NCBI RefSeq assembly: GCF_000181795.1
Contig: NW_003526943.1
Coordinates: forward strand, 11,522,007 to 11,586,006
Source: Trichinella spiralis
Lineage: Eukaryota
Reading direction: 5' to 3'
Length of the DNA: 64,000 nt
Shown in pieces: positions 1-12,900 of the stretch. Position numbers and translations under genes: made by a program. The notes beneath the pieces were generated by a model. That model was not told the origin of the DNA and did no database searches. It saw only the letters and a list, made by a program, of their open reading frames with translations. The first letter of the stretch is position 1, and each line of letters begins with the position of its first letter.

Positions 1-3000
1 GTTCCAGTTGACCACGCTGGCGAACAGTACCGCCACCATGGCGTGATTTTCCGAATATTTCGACGTTCTGGCCAGATGTTCGACCACGTGGTGCGGAATG
101 ATGTTGCTCAACAGCCAGTCGGCTTGGTCTTTCATCTCTTTCATGCGACGTATCGTCTCGCAGGCTTGCAAGTCGCCGTAGAAGCTCATTCTGAAGCTCG
201 CCTCGAACTGATAATTCAAATAGATCACCAACAAGCAGGCCAACAGCACGACCATGTAAATTTCATTTCTACAACAACTGTACTGTTGGTGGTCTGACTG
301 CACGAACAGCTTTTCCTTTTCATGTTCATGTTCCAGTTGTTGTTGTTGTTGTTGTTGCTGATGATGATGATGCTGCTGCTGCACATCGTGCTGCTGGTGG
401 TGGTCTGGGATCAGTGGAACAACGCCGCCGCCGCCGCCACCGTCGTCCGGACCATTCACCGTGGCGTTGTAAAATACAACCGTACTATTGACGAGACCAA
501 CCGCAGCCGTGTGCGACGGCTGGCAATTGGAAGCGCACAAGTGGACCATGGTCACCAGACCGATGCCGATCAAACAGCAGAACAGGGATTTGGGCCAGCT
601 ACGAATTTGACTGTAGTTGACGTGGCCGAACATGACCATCAGCACCAGCAGGCAGAACAACAGCAGCAGACTTTCGGACTGCCAGTAGCGCGGCTGGGCG
701 AAGCTGAAGCCGGCGGCCGGGCAGTGGACGCTGGCCAGCAGAGCGCCCAGTGGCAAATTGATCATGGTCAAACTGAGCGCGTGTTTGGGCCACCAGCGGA
801 CCCAGATCGACGGCAGCGTGGCTCGGCTGAGCACGCAGCGCAGCGTCCAAGCGGCCAATGCGAGCACAAACGAGCCGGACAGCGTCGCGTAGGTGACAAA
901 AGCCGCGTTGTACCACCACTGGTCGTTGACCGCCAGCATGCAAATCAACAGCAACGTCCAAAACACAATCGTCGACACCACCAAGTCCATGACAACGCTG
1001 AATTTGGGCGGGTCGACGCGCCAGTCGTCCAAACGGGCGACTTTGACGGCCAAGGGGTCGGTGGCAGCAGCGGTGGCGGCTGTTGTGGCGGGTTCTTGGT
1101 GTTCGGGGTTGTCGGTTTGGGCTTCTTGTTCGCCGACCGACCGCCGGGCGCCGAGCTCGAAGTGAGCCCTGTACTGCTGTTCCACGGCCGGGTCGATGAA
1201 ATTCAACGTGCGCGTCAGCGCCTTGCGGCGGACCAGGTAGTCGCCGCGCGCCAGACTGGAGCCGCGGATCGCGTCCGCGAGCCTGTGGTCAAAGTCCACG
1301 TGGTCGGCTTCGAAGCGCGAGATGCTGGCCGTGTGCGTCGAAAGTACGTGGTCGATGCTGCTTTCGACGCCGTCGACGCCGGATACGAATTCCGCATTGC
1401 GGTCCGAGTCGAAAGTGACCACGCGGCTCGACCGCCTCGGTTCCGGCTCGGTATTTTCCGACAATTTCTCCAACGGCACCTGCTCGCCGCCAGTGGTCAC
1501 CGAGGCGGTCTTGGACGGCTCGACCAGCGACGCCGACGCCCACTTGGTGCGTTGGTTCAAAGCGACCTGAGAAGCAAGCAAACAAACAAACACAAATTAT
1601 CACACGATGAGGTGGTTTCGCTTTCACCTTTACTCTCCCTCTCACTTACCCCTGGAGGAAAGATGGAATCACTTTTGCAGCGTTCGGATGAACTCAAATT
1701 CGATACCGACAACGTTTTGTTCAAACACTAAATTTAGAAGAGAAAAAAGTGAATATTTCAATGGAAACAACAAAACAAAACAAAAAACAACATCTACTTA
1801 CTTTTTTAGAATTAACAGCCGCATCTGAAATTGCCATGTCCGAACTGTCAATGTGTCGCAATTCAGACGAACGCAAACGATCTGTACAATAAAATAAACA
1901 TAATAAAATATGAAAATCGATGCAATGAAATATGCTGTATCGTATATACCGTGAATATGAGTGTTAGAAATGGAAGACGGTGGCGGTGGAGACGGTACGT
2001 CCTGGCTAGCAGGGGCATCAGCAGCTGGCGGCGGCGGCGGCGGCGGCGGCTCCTGATCGACATTGTTGACAATAAAGTAAGTTTTAATTCCTGCATCGAA
2101 AGACAAATAATTAAAATTTCGTCAGTAGAAACGAGCATATATGCACAGAAGAAACCTTTGTAGTCGGGCGCCGGCTCGAGCGTGTACTGGTCATCGAGAA
2201 AGGCAGCGGTCGCTTCGGATACGTGCACTCGGCCAGACATGCCGGTCGATTCCATGGCGTTGGCCAAATCGACGTCGTTGGAAAAGACGTCGAACTTGAA
2301 ACGCCGGCGGCCGACGATGCCGCACAGCACCGTACCGGTGTGTATACCGACCCGCATGTTCACCTCCTGGTTGCGGTCGATGTCGAACTGGTGGATCGCT
2401 TCGATCATCGCCAGGCCCATTTTCACGCAACACTGGGCGTGGTCGGCCCTCGGTTCCGGACATCCGGATACGCAGTAGTAACAGTCGCCGAGGGTGCTGA
2501 TCTTTTCGCAGCCGGACTGACCGCAGAGGGCGTCGAAACGACCGAACAGATCGTTGAGCATGTTGACCAGCTCATCGGCTGACTTGTTCGAGCTCATGGT
2601 AGTGAAGCCGACGATATCGGCGAACAGGATACTCACGTCGCGCATCAAATTCATCGTGAACGGCCTGAACAAGTTGGTGCAACGGTCCGACGAGGGCGTG
2701 TTGCTGGGCCGTTTCAGTTCGCTGCTCTCTTTGAGCAGCTCTTCGGCGACCGTCTGCGGCATCACAGACCGTATCATGCGGTCTTTGAATTCTTTTTCAA
2801 TTTCCAAATCGTGACGCGCCAACAAAGACTGGCCCAACTTGATGAACGTCTTACGGTCTCGAACTTGGGTCAGCGTGTAAATATGGGCACCGAGTAAGTG
2901 GGCAAGGCCGTGCAGGACAATTGTCACCGGCTTGGAGGCACCGGCGCACAATTCTTCGTACATGACCGAAAATACCACGGCCATCAACAAGCACAAATAC

Positions 3001-3575
3001 ATGGGCAACGGGATGACCGTGTAAATTAGCAACACCAGCTTGACGGACAAGGCGAATTTGGCCAGAGGACCGAGAGACGGCTTGTCGGCTATGAACACAA
3101 AAGCGCTGGCAACGGCCAGCAAACAGACGCACAGAACCGAAGTGCTGACGTAGAGGCCGTTGTAGAGGCTTTTGGTGAACGTGAAGGCGAAAATCAACGA
3201 AAACGTCACCAAATAGACAACGCTGAACAAAACATACGGATAAATCTCGCCCAGAGGATGCAGGCTGGCAAAGTAGACCAGCCACATCAAAGCGTAGATG
3301 ATCGTATACAGGAGACCGGCCCGAAAGCGGCGCTGAAATTGAGGAAATACGCACTGCCAGTATTGGCTTTCCAACACCCTGGACGAGAACTCCGGCCGCC
3401 AGCATTTCGACGTCGCGTTGCCCAGCCACGCCCACCAGCGTCGTCGTCCAGCCTGCTCTTCTCTGGGTTCGAGAACTTCGGGCGTTTCGAACGGACAAGT
3501 CAGCTTATCCGAGATCATCGGCATCGACGCATCGTACGTCACCCCAGTCGACTGCTCTCGCTGCATCATTAACTT
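1..3575 (-). CDS. acy-1: Transmembrane adenylate cyclase, type 9-like; 3' part runs off the left edge. Exons 2156-3575, 1950-2090, 1802-1824, 1650-1727, <1-1566; candidate upstream coding exon 7488-7535
   Basis: Six-TM block, then the C1a catalytic domain (VSILFADIVGFT, KISTLGDCYYCV, MRVGIHTGTVLCGIVG, FDVFSNDVDLANAMES, GRVHVSEAT, spliced KG|IKTYFI). Exon 1-1566 appears open on the minus strand. It encodes a second TM block and the C2 entry (KDQADWLLSNIIPHHVVEHL...YSENHAMVAVLFASVVNW), an AC9-type sequence. Intron phases are consistent across all junctions. Confidence 0.93.
320..440 (-). repeat. Coding trinucleotide repeats (poly-G, poly-H, poly-Q) inside the cyclase exon
   Basis: (GTT)n, (GAT)n, (GCT)n and (GCC)n on + translate on - as GGGGGVVPLIPDHHQQHDVQQQHHHHQQQQQQQQLEHEHE. 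A poly-P (GGC)n run also lies at 2027-2050. Confidence 0.85.
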
Positions 3576-6500
3576 CTCAAAAAGAAAAAAAACATAAATA
3601 TAGAATAATGTGTAAATGAAAAAAAATAATCACAAAATATGCAATAATAGAGTTTATGAAATTTTAAAAATTTTTTAATTTCCGCTACCCGTAAATTTTT
3701 TTAAGTGCAAATTTGCTTTTCTTTTCACTGCAGGTCGACAACAATACAGAAATTCAAACAAGGATAATCACTAGCACAGCAGCAGAAGAAAGAAGCATAA
3801 GAACAACGTCAACAACAACAACAACAACAATGATGAGAATAAAAAGACGATAAACAACAACAACAACAACAGCAACTAGGAGTACAATAAACAACAGCAA
3901 CAGCAACAGCAGTTCTACTACTAGCACTGAATGGGAGCTTCTTTTGCCTTGCCCGCATCACAGCCGTCGCTGTTCCGACGACCAGCTCAACAACAACATC
4001 GACCACATGCACAACAAACACTCTGAAAATAGGATTTTTCTTTTCTTTTCCATTCATCAACAAGTAAACAATGAAAACAACAATTATGCAAGATACACAA
4101 AATACAATCAACATACTCATCACATTAAAACATTGAAAAAATGACACAACAACAACGCATGCTTGTTTGTTTTTTAAATTGCTCAACAGTTGCAATTTCA
4201 AATTTTTGAAATACAAGTGTCGAAAAATTACAACGAAAAAACTGCTGTCAAACCAACAACTAATTAATCAATCACACTGAAAGCAAATACTGAATTTCCA
4301 AATGAACAATTGAACAATAATACTATTTTCAAATTAAACCATTTAATAAAAAAGAACACACATATATAAGAACAATTATTATTCTCCATTATTAAATATG
4401 ACAAAGGAAAATTCATAAATACACATACAATTTCAACTTCTAATGTGTTTACCTGCTTGAACAGAATATATACATTGCACTGTTTTTTACTTTTTCAATT
4501 AGAATTTTCACCCTTAAAAAATGATCAATAACAATATACTACAATTCCAAATGCAACAGCAAAAGTGTACACAGAAAAACATACATGAATAAATAAAATA
4601 AAATCATTGTATTATTTCACCTATTTCTCACATATTTTGTCACGGATATTCTTATATACAGATGTTTGCATAAATAAGCATTGTGTTAGAGAAAAAAAAG
4701 TTGCTTGAAAAAATCATCGATTGTTTAATGTCGTCGCTGCACAACAAATGAAACGTCATCAAGTGGAAACATATCACAATTGGAGCTTTCGATTTATTTT
4801 ATTTGAAATTTCAAAAACAAAAAAAATATATTATTACTTTTATACTCACAAATTCTGTTTTACCAAGATGTACAAACAGGAACTGTCGATAAATCTCCTT
4901 CACACACAAACAAATAAACACGATGAAGAAAAAGTATATCTGTATTTATATATATATGTATATATTTATATGTGTGTGTGTTATGTATGCCACCTGGGAA
5001 AATGTGAAAAATGCAAAACTTGTTGAAAGGGAATTGAAGCGTGGCTAAATATTCGACGCCCAACACGTCACCACTGAACAGAGATACTATGCAAAGTGCC
5101 GGCGCTAACAAAGTGGGCCGGCAAATTAACCTCGCCGACACGAGACTCACCTCCAGATCAAAAATGCAGAACAACAATGTGCAATAATAATTCATTCCAT
5201 TTTCAATTATTCCCCGAAGAGATTACCAAAAATCAATGACGCTTCATTGCAATCACAATTCCATCGTATGAATGTATGGGAAATTTACGCATGTATGCAA
5301 ATTTTTGTCGTCGACCAAACCAAGCAGCAATGAATGAATGAACGCTAGAAGAGAATTGTAGAGCAAAATTTCCAAATTGACACATATTACTGTTATTGTT
5401 GTTGTTGTTGTTGTTGTTGCTGAAAAAAGCATCCCATGCGCATGCCATGCGGTATTGTTAACTGAAGTGAAAAGAGAAAAACAGACAGAATGGAAAAAAA
5501 AAGAATAATAAAAAAAAATAGAAACTTCCAATTGAATCGATTTTTCTCAAACTTACACAAATTAAATAGAAACGTCTAAAAATTCCAAAAAGCAATACTT
5601 CAACCGAAGAATAAAAAGCAAGAAAGAAAGAGACAGAGGGGGCGGCGGGTGGAGGGGAAAAGCATGCTGAGAAATCCCATGCCGGCCAAGTCTAGCGGTC
5701 GAAAATACTTTCGCCTGAGAATCGATACCATTCCAAGCTTGCAAGAGAAAGAAAGCCTTCAATGCGGCAATGGTATTTCCAAAATCGACACTGGTCGAAA
5801 TGAAATGCAAGACAGATGTGTCAGAAATTGTCTTTTAATATGTTTTATTTTAATTTCCAAGCGAACTTCAGTTGTAGAATTTGAACTGTTGAAAATCGAC
5901 CAACAGGCTTCCACTATTTCCCACTAGTTTGATTTGCTTTGTTCATTCAACCGTTCCCCTCCCTCCCTCCCTCCCTCCCTTTCTCCTCCTCCTCCTCCTG
6001 CCCCACCCCTCCCTGTCCAAGAACACAACAACAACAGTCGGTCGATCTTTTCCAATATTCGTGTAAATTCAACTTTTCCTCATCGTTTGTTCATGCTTAC
6101 ATAATCAGGGAAATTCCACAATATTGAAAAAGTCCCATTAAAAGATTCAATTAAATTAAATTTCAAAAAAAGAAAACAAGCAAAACACCACCAATATAAT
6201 CAAAGAATAAATAAAATTTGGACAACGCTTCGTTGTTCATCTTGCGCAACTAGTGTTCGCTAGTGGTAGTAGTAGTAGTAGAATCGATTGCAGAAAATTC
6301 GAATGAAACGTATGCAAACCGATCTCCTATTTGTCTAAGTGAAATTAATGGAAAATTTAAAAGGGAAATCAAAAGAAAAAAATGTTCACTAAAAGCATTA
6401 TTTTACGAGCTCATTTTTAGATGTTCTTATTCAAAGGTGGTGAACAAAAAAACAAAGAAAAAAAATAACAAATTCAATCGTAATTTGCACCGTTTTCTAC

Positions 6501-8795
6501 AAAAAATATCTTTCGATGAGCAGGTTAATATGGACTACGGTAGTTTATTTATTGCTCAAAATGCTGCTATTCTTTTTGTTTGAACGAAAGCAATCGACGA
6601 ACAATTTTATCGACGAACAATGGAATACTTCGAAAATTCTAACCGCTGCAAACAGAATAATCGCGCGCACCACACACACACATGCAAGCGTACATACAAA
6701 TGCACACAATGCCGATCGTCAAATCAAAAAATGCTATATTAGGATAATATATATATATACTTTGTTTTCCTTAACAACAACCACAACAATTTTTATAATG
6801 CTAAAAATGCGATAAGAAAATTTACACTTTTAAGTGTACAAGTAAGCAATGGAAAAAGAAAAAATAAACCACAAAGCACATCACTAACGTCAATCATTGT
6901 TCAAGCAAATTCAGAAGATAAAAAAAAGAAGCAGGAAAAGAAGGAGAAATTCAATCAATCAATTGTGCATTGAAGAAGTATTATAGAAACAAAAGTGAAA
7001 CTGAAGATAGGAAAAGCAAAAACACTGCTAGCTAGCGAACCAAGCATCGAAATAAGCGACCAGTAAAAAGCTTGAATTTCACCAACTTTTGTACTGTGTG
7101 CTTGTAATAAATTATTAATTATGGAAAATGAACAATTGGAATCAATGTGCAAGAAACAACAACGAATTGTTCATAGTGGAATAGCATTTTCACACAAGCA
7201 TGTTGGAGAACACAAACCGATTGATCGAGACGATTATTATTATATTGTCTTATTACTTAAATGTGGCAAGAGTGAAAAAAAGCAAAGTAAAGAAAAATGT
7301 AGCGTTGAAAATTGAAAAAAACTTCATCACATAGACAAAAGAGAAGAAATTATTAACAATTCATCATTTCACCAATTGTCAAAGAGGGAAACAATTTTTA
7401 CAAAAATACAATTTATAATTTGTCAAAATGATATTTTTCTTTCATTTATAGATATTAAAAGAAAAAAAAATTCTTTGTATTCCGAACCTGTAAAGATGCA
7501 TTTCCGTTGGTCAGACGTGATGTAAGTTTCTTCATTTTCTTTGCCAAATCTTTGTCAAAAGTGTTCACGTGATATCATGCGTTGCCGTTATGAATAAAAC
7601 AATTTAAAAAAAGAAAAGAAAAAAAATAATAATAAAACAAAAATGTTGCTTTTATTAAAAAAATAATATAATAATATGTTTTTTTACTGTTTAGAAGCAA
7701 GAAAACTAAGTTTGAAAAAAAATTTCCGCACAAATTTCCAAAAAAGAAAAAAAGCACAAAACAAAATAATAGAAAAAAATGCCAGTAAAGCAATCAGGCA
7801 ATAATGATGATGATAATTATAATGATAATGATAATAATTGAACAAGTTTGAACGCAAAGCGACGTTTGCAAAAGCGCAGCTGCTGTGTTATTAGCTGCTT
7901 GCTGCTGCTAGTTGGTCTCGCAAATCGGCGGCGTTCGGCACCAATTGAGAAAAAGCAAGCCAGGAACTGCCGAATCGACCGACCGACCGACCAACGCCTA
8001 GCGTACATGCGCCTACTGCCGCACCCGGCGACAGCTTGAAAAACACACTTTACAGTATGATTGAATAAAAATAACTAGGTTCCATGGGTGTTGTGAAATT
8101 CATTATACGACAAATTGAGAAAGGAAACAAAACGAGCAAGTTGAACAGCAATTCTTCTTTTTTTTAAACAAGACAGCTTCATTTTCAAATTATCATCCAT
8201 AGCTGTTAAAAATTGAGCAGTTCGTTCAAGGTTTTTTTTTCTTCAATTTTGAACATTTACAATCTTTACTTCAATTACAGACAATCGCAGCTTGTATAAA
8301 AGTCTACGAAACAAAGAAAATAAACAAATAAATAAATAATATGAATTTTTGATTAACTGTGCCGAGTTTTGCAATCAATCGTAATGATCATTGATCAACG
8401 TTGTCAATGCTTTTGTTCAAGGGATGGTTTTGTTGAGATTTTTTGCACAATTTAAAAAAAAGCGTAATAGCAATTATCTCGAAGAGAAAAGAAAAAATTG
8501 CATGATCATTATTATTAAACTTTTAACATAACATATGGAATTTTTCAAAGGCAACTATACAAATGTAAGGATATGCTTTTATTTAAATTTGAAGAAATTC
8601 ATTTATAAAATGAACAAATATATATATTCTTTTATTGCATATTCCCTTTTTTTTAAGATAAATTGGGATATCATTATGAAATTACTATTTGGAAATTTTG
8701 TTCAACGAACGTTCAAATAAATCATTCAGTCAGGAATTTTTGAAACGCATCATTCTAATTTTGCTTCACCACTCGCTGTTCCATTGGAAACATGC

Positions 8796-8828
<33 letters not shown>

Positions 8829-9961
8829 TGAGTAACAACATCTTGTTAAATTTGTTCAATATGAATATCAATTGCAACTATCACTTACTTTACTTTGCCA
8901 TTAATCAACAAAACCTCTCTGCTCTTATCTGAAAGTTTTCAAGTAAACTTTGAAATATAACAATAATTTTAATATCTTTCTATTTATAAAGATTTTATTA
9001 AAATTTACCACTAAGCAAAAAAAAATTACATGTTTACAATAACAAAAATAAATAATACAATATAAGAAACGAAAAAAAAAATCTTTCTTTTCCACTTTGC
9101 TTGCGGCTTTTTATATTTTACATATTGAAAAATTTGCATTAGTAAAAGGGGAAAAATACAACAATACTCAAGAATAATCGATCAATAATAATAATTGAGA
9201 AAACAAACATAATAAAAAGTTTTCAATGCATTTCCAATTTCACATGCTATTGAAAATTTTATTATTTTAATTGACCAGTCGGTCAATAAATTTATTCTTT
9301 CTTTTTTGCAACCTGCTTTCATATTTGAGTATATTTGAACGTGATAACTATTTCATCAAACTCTACATAAATATAAATATAAATATAAATAAAACAATCA
9401 CACACAATTAATGCATTAACAATGCACATCTGGTCGTCAAAGGTGGCATTAAAAATACTGACAAAAAAATTTGCTATAAGAAGCTTAATGCTAAAAAAAA
9501 TTACATTGTCTAGCTTGTAATAATGTTAAAAACATAAAAATAAACATAATCATGCATTTCATTTTTCTTAAAATAAATCTTGAACAGAAAATTGTTTTGC
9601 ACGAGTTTGCATTCAAGAAATTTTTAAATTGATTATCAATTCTACATTTCATCTCGCGTCAGAGCAATTTTAAAAATGCACTTGCAAAATTATTGATATT
9701 ATTCGATAATTTTTATTTGAATAAATCTGAGAAAAAAAAATTAAAAGTCAACTGACTGTTCAACAAGATATTGGTGAATTGAATTTCAACTTAAAATACA
9801 TATACAGCATTGAAATTTTTGTTTTTTTTCATTTACAAAAAAAGTTAATTATGAAAAAAGGCATCCCAAATGAAAAAATTTGTAAAATAAGGAAGACATT
9901 TCTACAATAATTGTTAAATTAAACAAATTATCGAAGAAAGACAAAAAAAAGAAATCGCCAT

Positions 9962-12900
9962 TCATACGCAGTTCGATACGGATATGAGCGGATTTTCAGA
10001 ATATACAGCTGACAGCAATCTCAATTGGTCACTTTCTTGTTTGAAACTCAACGCCACTCCCATAAATGGCAACGTTTTGCTTCTTGTAAGAAATTCACAA
10101 TTTCTTATAAAAGTCACGTTGAATCTTGAATTTAAATAAAAAAAATTAACTTTTCCAGCATGGTGAAATATATATAAATATAATACTTTGCCGGTGGGTG
10201 TCTTTTCGCCTCTGCTCCTATGAACCACAAAAAATCACTAATTCTCCACACTTGTTCAGCGTTATCATCCTGAATATAATTTTATTTTTATTTTTATTAT
10301 TATTATTGTTTTAGTTATGAAAATCAATTTCACATTTCACCTTTTGATTTCGAAAAAGCATCAGTTCATTTGGGAAAAGTGCCAAGTATCGTTTGGCAAA
10401 CGACTTCGTCACACTAACATAAGCCGTACTCCAAGGTGATGATGATGTAAATTTAGTTGCGTACTGAAATAAATAAATTTTAAACTTTGATTTAAAAAAA
10501 TTCAACGGATATTATTTTTTAAAAAATCAGCTCACATCGTTCAACTTTGATGAAATTGAATCCCCTTTGACGATCAAATAATTACCAACACGATCTCCCA
10601 GAGGCCAAGATATCCAACGCATGATGATATCAAAAACAGATTCATCCGACGGTACTAGACGTTCTGAAGATGAAAAAACTATTATCAGTGTTATTAATAA
10701 AATGGAAAAGATGAAACAGAAAAAGAATATTTCAACGAACCAAGTTGCCCATCACAGATAACTTCAAACAGTGCAATTTGGGATGGCAACGATGCCACGC
10801 CGCGTGATCGCACGTATTCACAAACATTTTCGGCAGTCAAATCCACACCCACCTGAAGCAAATAAATTATAAAATTAAAATTTCATTACTTCAACTAGAA
10901 GAATACAATGACAGTATTTTCGTCTTTAGATATAGATTTATATATATACCTTGATGTTGAAAGAAATTCGATCCTTTTCCAAAACGTGCAAACAATGCAA
11001 AATTCCACTACTGACTTTCTACAGAAAAATAAACAAATAAAATCACAAGTTTAAAATATATTCAAAAACCAACAACTTTTGGAGTTCCTGTAGGACTGAT
11101 GAGCTTTTTCTTCGCTTTTTGTACCAGCGAATCTCGTCGATTCTCCTCTTCGCTGATGTTGAACAAAATTTCATAATTTTCAATCAAATCTGCCATAACG
11201 GTGAACAGTTTCACGCTATATTGAAAACTGATTTTATCTTTGTCATCGTCAATCTGCATGTGAAAAAACATAATAAAATAAAATATAATCATGTGAAAAT
11301 GTGGCCAGTGTATAATCTATACTTGATTCATGCGAAAAATTGTCGGACTGAAAATGCAAGCCAAATTTTGCACGTTCATTTTGTTCGTCTCACTGAACTG
11401 AGTCACCTCTTTCAAATGACCAACAAGCTTGCGCAACGTTGAATAATTTATTCGACCAAGCTGCCGAATCGCCTCATCATAATACCTCAGTCGACATTTC
11501 CACTCGACCGTATCTATGATAGCAATGCAAATTATTGGTTTATTTCAAAAAACAAACAAACAACAACAACAATAATAATTCAATAATTTCAATATGTACC
11601 GTTGATATGATTAAGTAAACTGATGGTGATATTTTTCGGTACCAAGGGTTCGTCTACTGAAGCGAGAAACTTTCGCAGAACACTGGTTACAGTATGCACA
11701 GAATGTTCATGAGGCAAAAGGTGAGTTGAAAATGGATCTACAAAAAATTCAAAAGCATAAAATAGATGGAATCGAATCAGAACAAGAAAAAAAAATAAGA
11801 ATAGCAACCAACCGACAATCAATTTGGAATAAAGATCGTCAATTTTGGAAACAGTACCACACATGCGATGAATACCTTCAGTTTCCAACCCTGCAACCAT
11901 CGGAAGATAACAACAACAACAATAAAAAAAAGAAATTATCAGATAATAATCAAAAAATAAAATATCCTTATACCGTAAACAGAAATGAAATTAATGCACT
12001 TTTCCACAATCATTGGTACATTGTCAGAAGATAATCGTTGCTCGGACAACACATTGCTTTGTTTCTGAAAGAAATTGAATAATGATAAGGTATAAAATGC
12101 TTCATTTATGATTTGTCTTTTACATTAATCATTGATTGAACAACGGCTCTCCAAGCTGAAGTTATCGCTTTAGAATCTGCTTGAATCCAAAGAGTACTGA
12201 AAATAAAACCAATAATAATTAATAATATGAATTTTTTAAATCATACTCATTTTCCATTAACAAGGCAAAACAAGGACCCTTTTCTTTTACATCTGCACAG
12301 CATTCGTGCTTTTCTGCCATATCTCCTGTTTGATAAATCAAAAAAAATAATAAACTTCAAACTCTTGACAAAAATAATTGCAATCACATACGGATACTGT
12401 AAACTTTGCGAAAATCAACTTCGAAAAAACAATCAATTCCTTCCGTGGCATAATACAATGAATAATTTCTTTTAACCAAATCTGCACATGTCCAGATCTA
12501 AAGGATTTTTTCAATTTTTACAATATTAAAAAAGATAAGAACAGTAACTCTTACTCTTGTAGTTCCATGCTTGATGTACACTTTTCCAACCGTGTCGAAA
12601 ACCTTAAATTAATGCAAAAAATGAATATTAATTTTGAAAACAAAAATTCCTTACGCCATCCATTCCACCCATCACATCGCCAATAATGCTCTAAAGTAAA
12701 AAATAAAACCGAACATCAGTTGCAAATTTAAATAAATTGTTTCAAAACAAAAATATAAATTCAGTATAATTCAACCTTTCCAAGTAGTGTTATCCAAGCG
12801 GTCAGATCATTTTCATCTTCTACCACAAAACGCCTGAATTTGATTTTCTTCCTCTTCGGATGCATGTAGTGTAAAATCAGCACAGGCTCTACTGCCGATT

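Noticed and set aside
322..1731. 469-aa plus-strand ORF, and other + ORFs in 1-3572
   Set aside because: These are antisense shadows of the GC-rich cyclase exons. They have no domain, and the long ORF crosses minus-strand introns.
1..3575. Bacterial contamination or recent HGT of the GC-rich segment
   Set aside because: It encodes a metazoan 12-TM cyclase and has spliceosomal introns in the host style.
3809..8039. ORFs rich in poly-C, poly-N and poly-V
   Set aside because: They are translations of (CAA)/(GTT)/(TAG) microsatellites in intron or upstream sequence.
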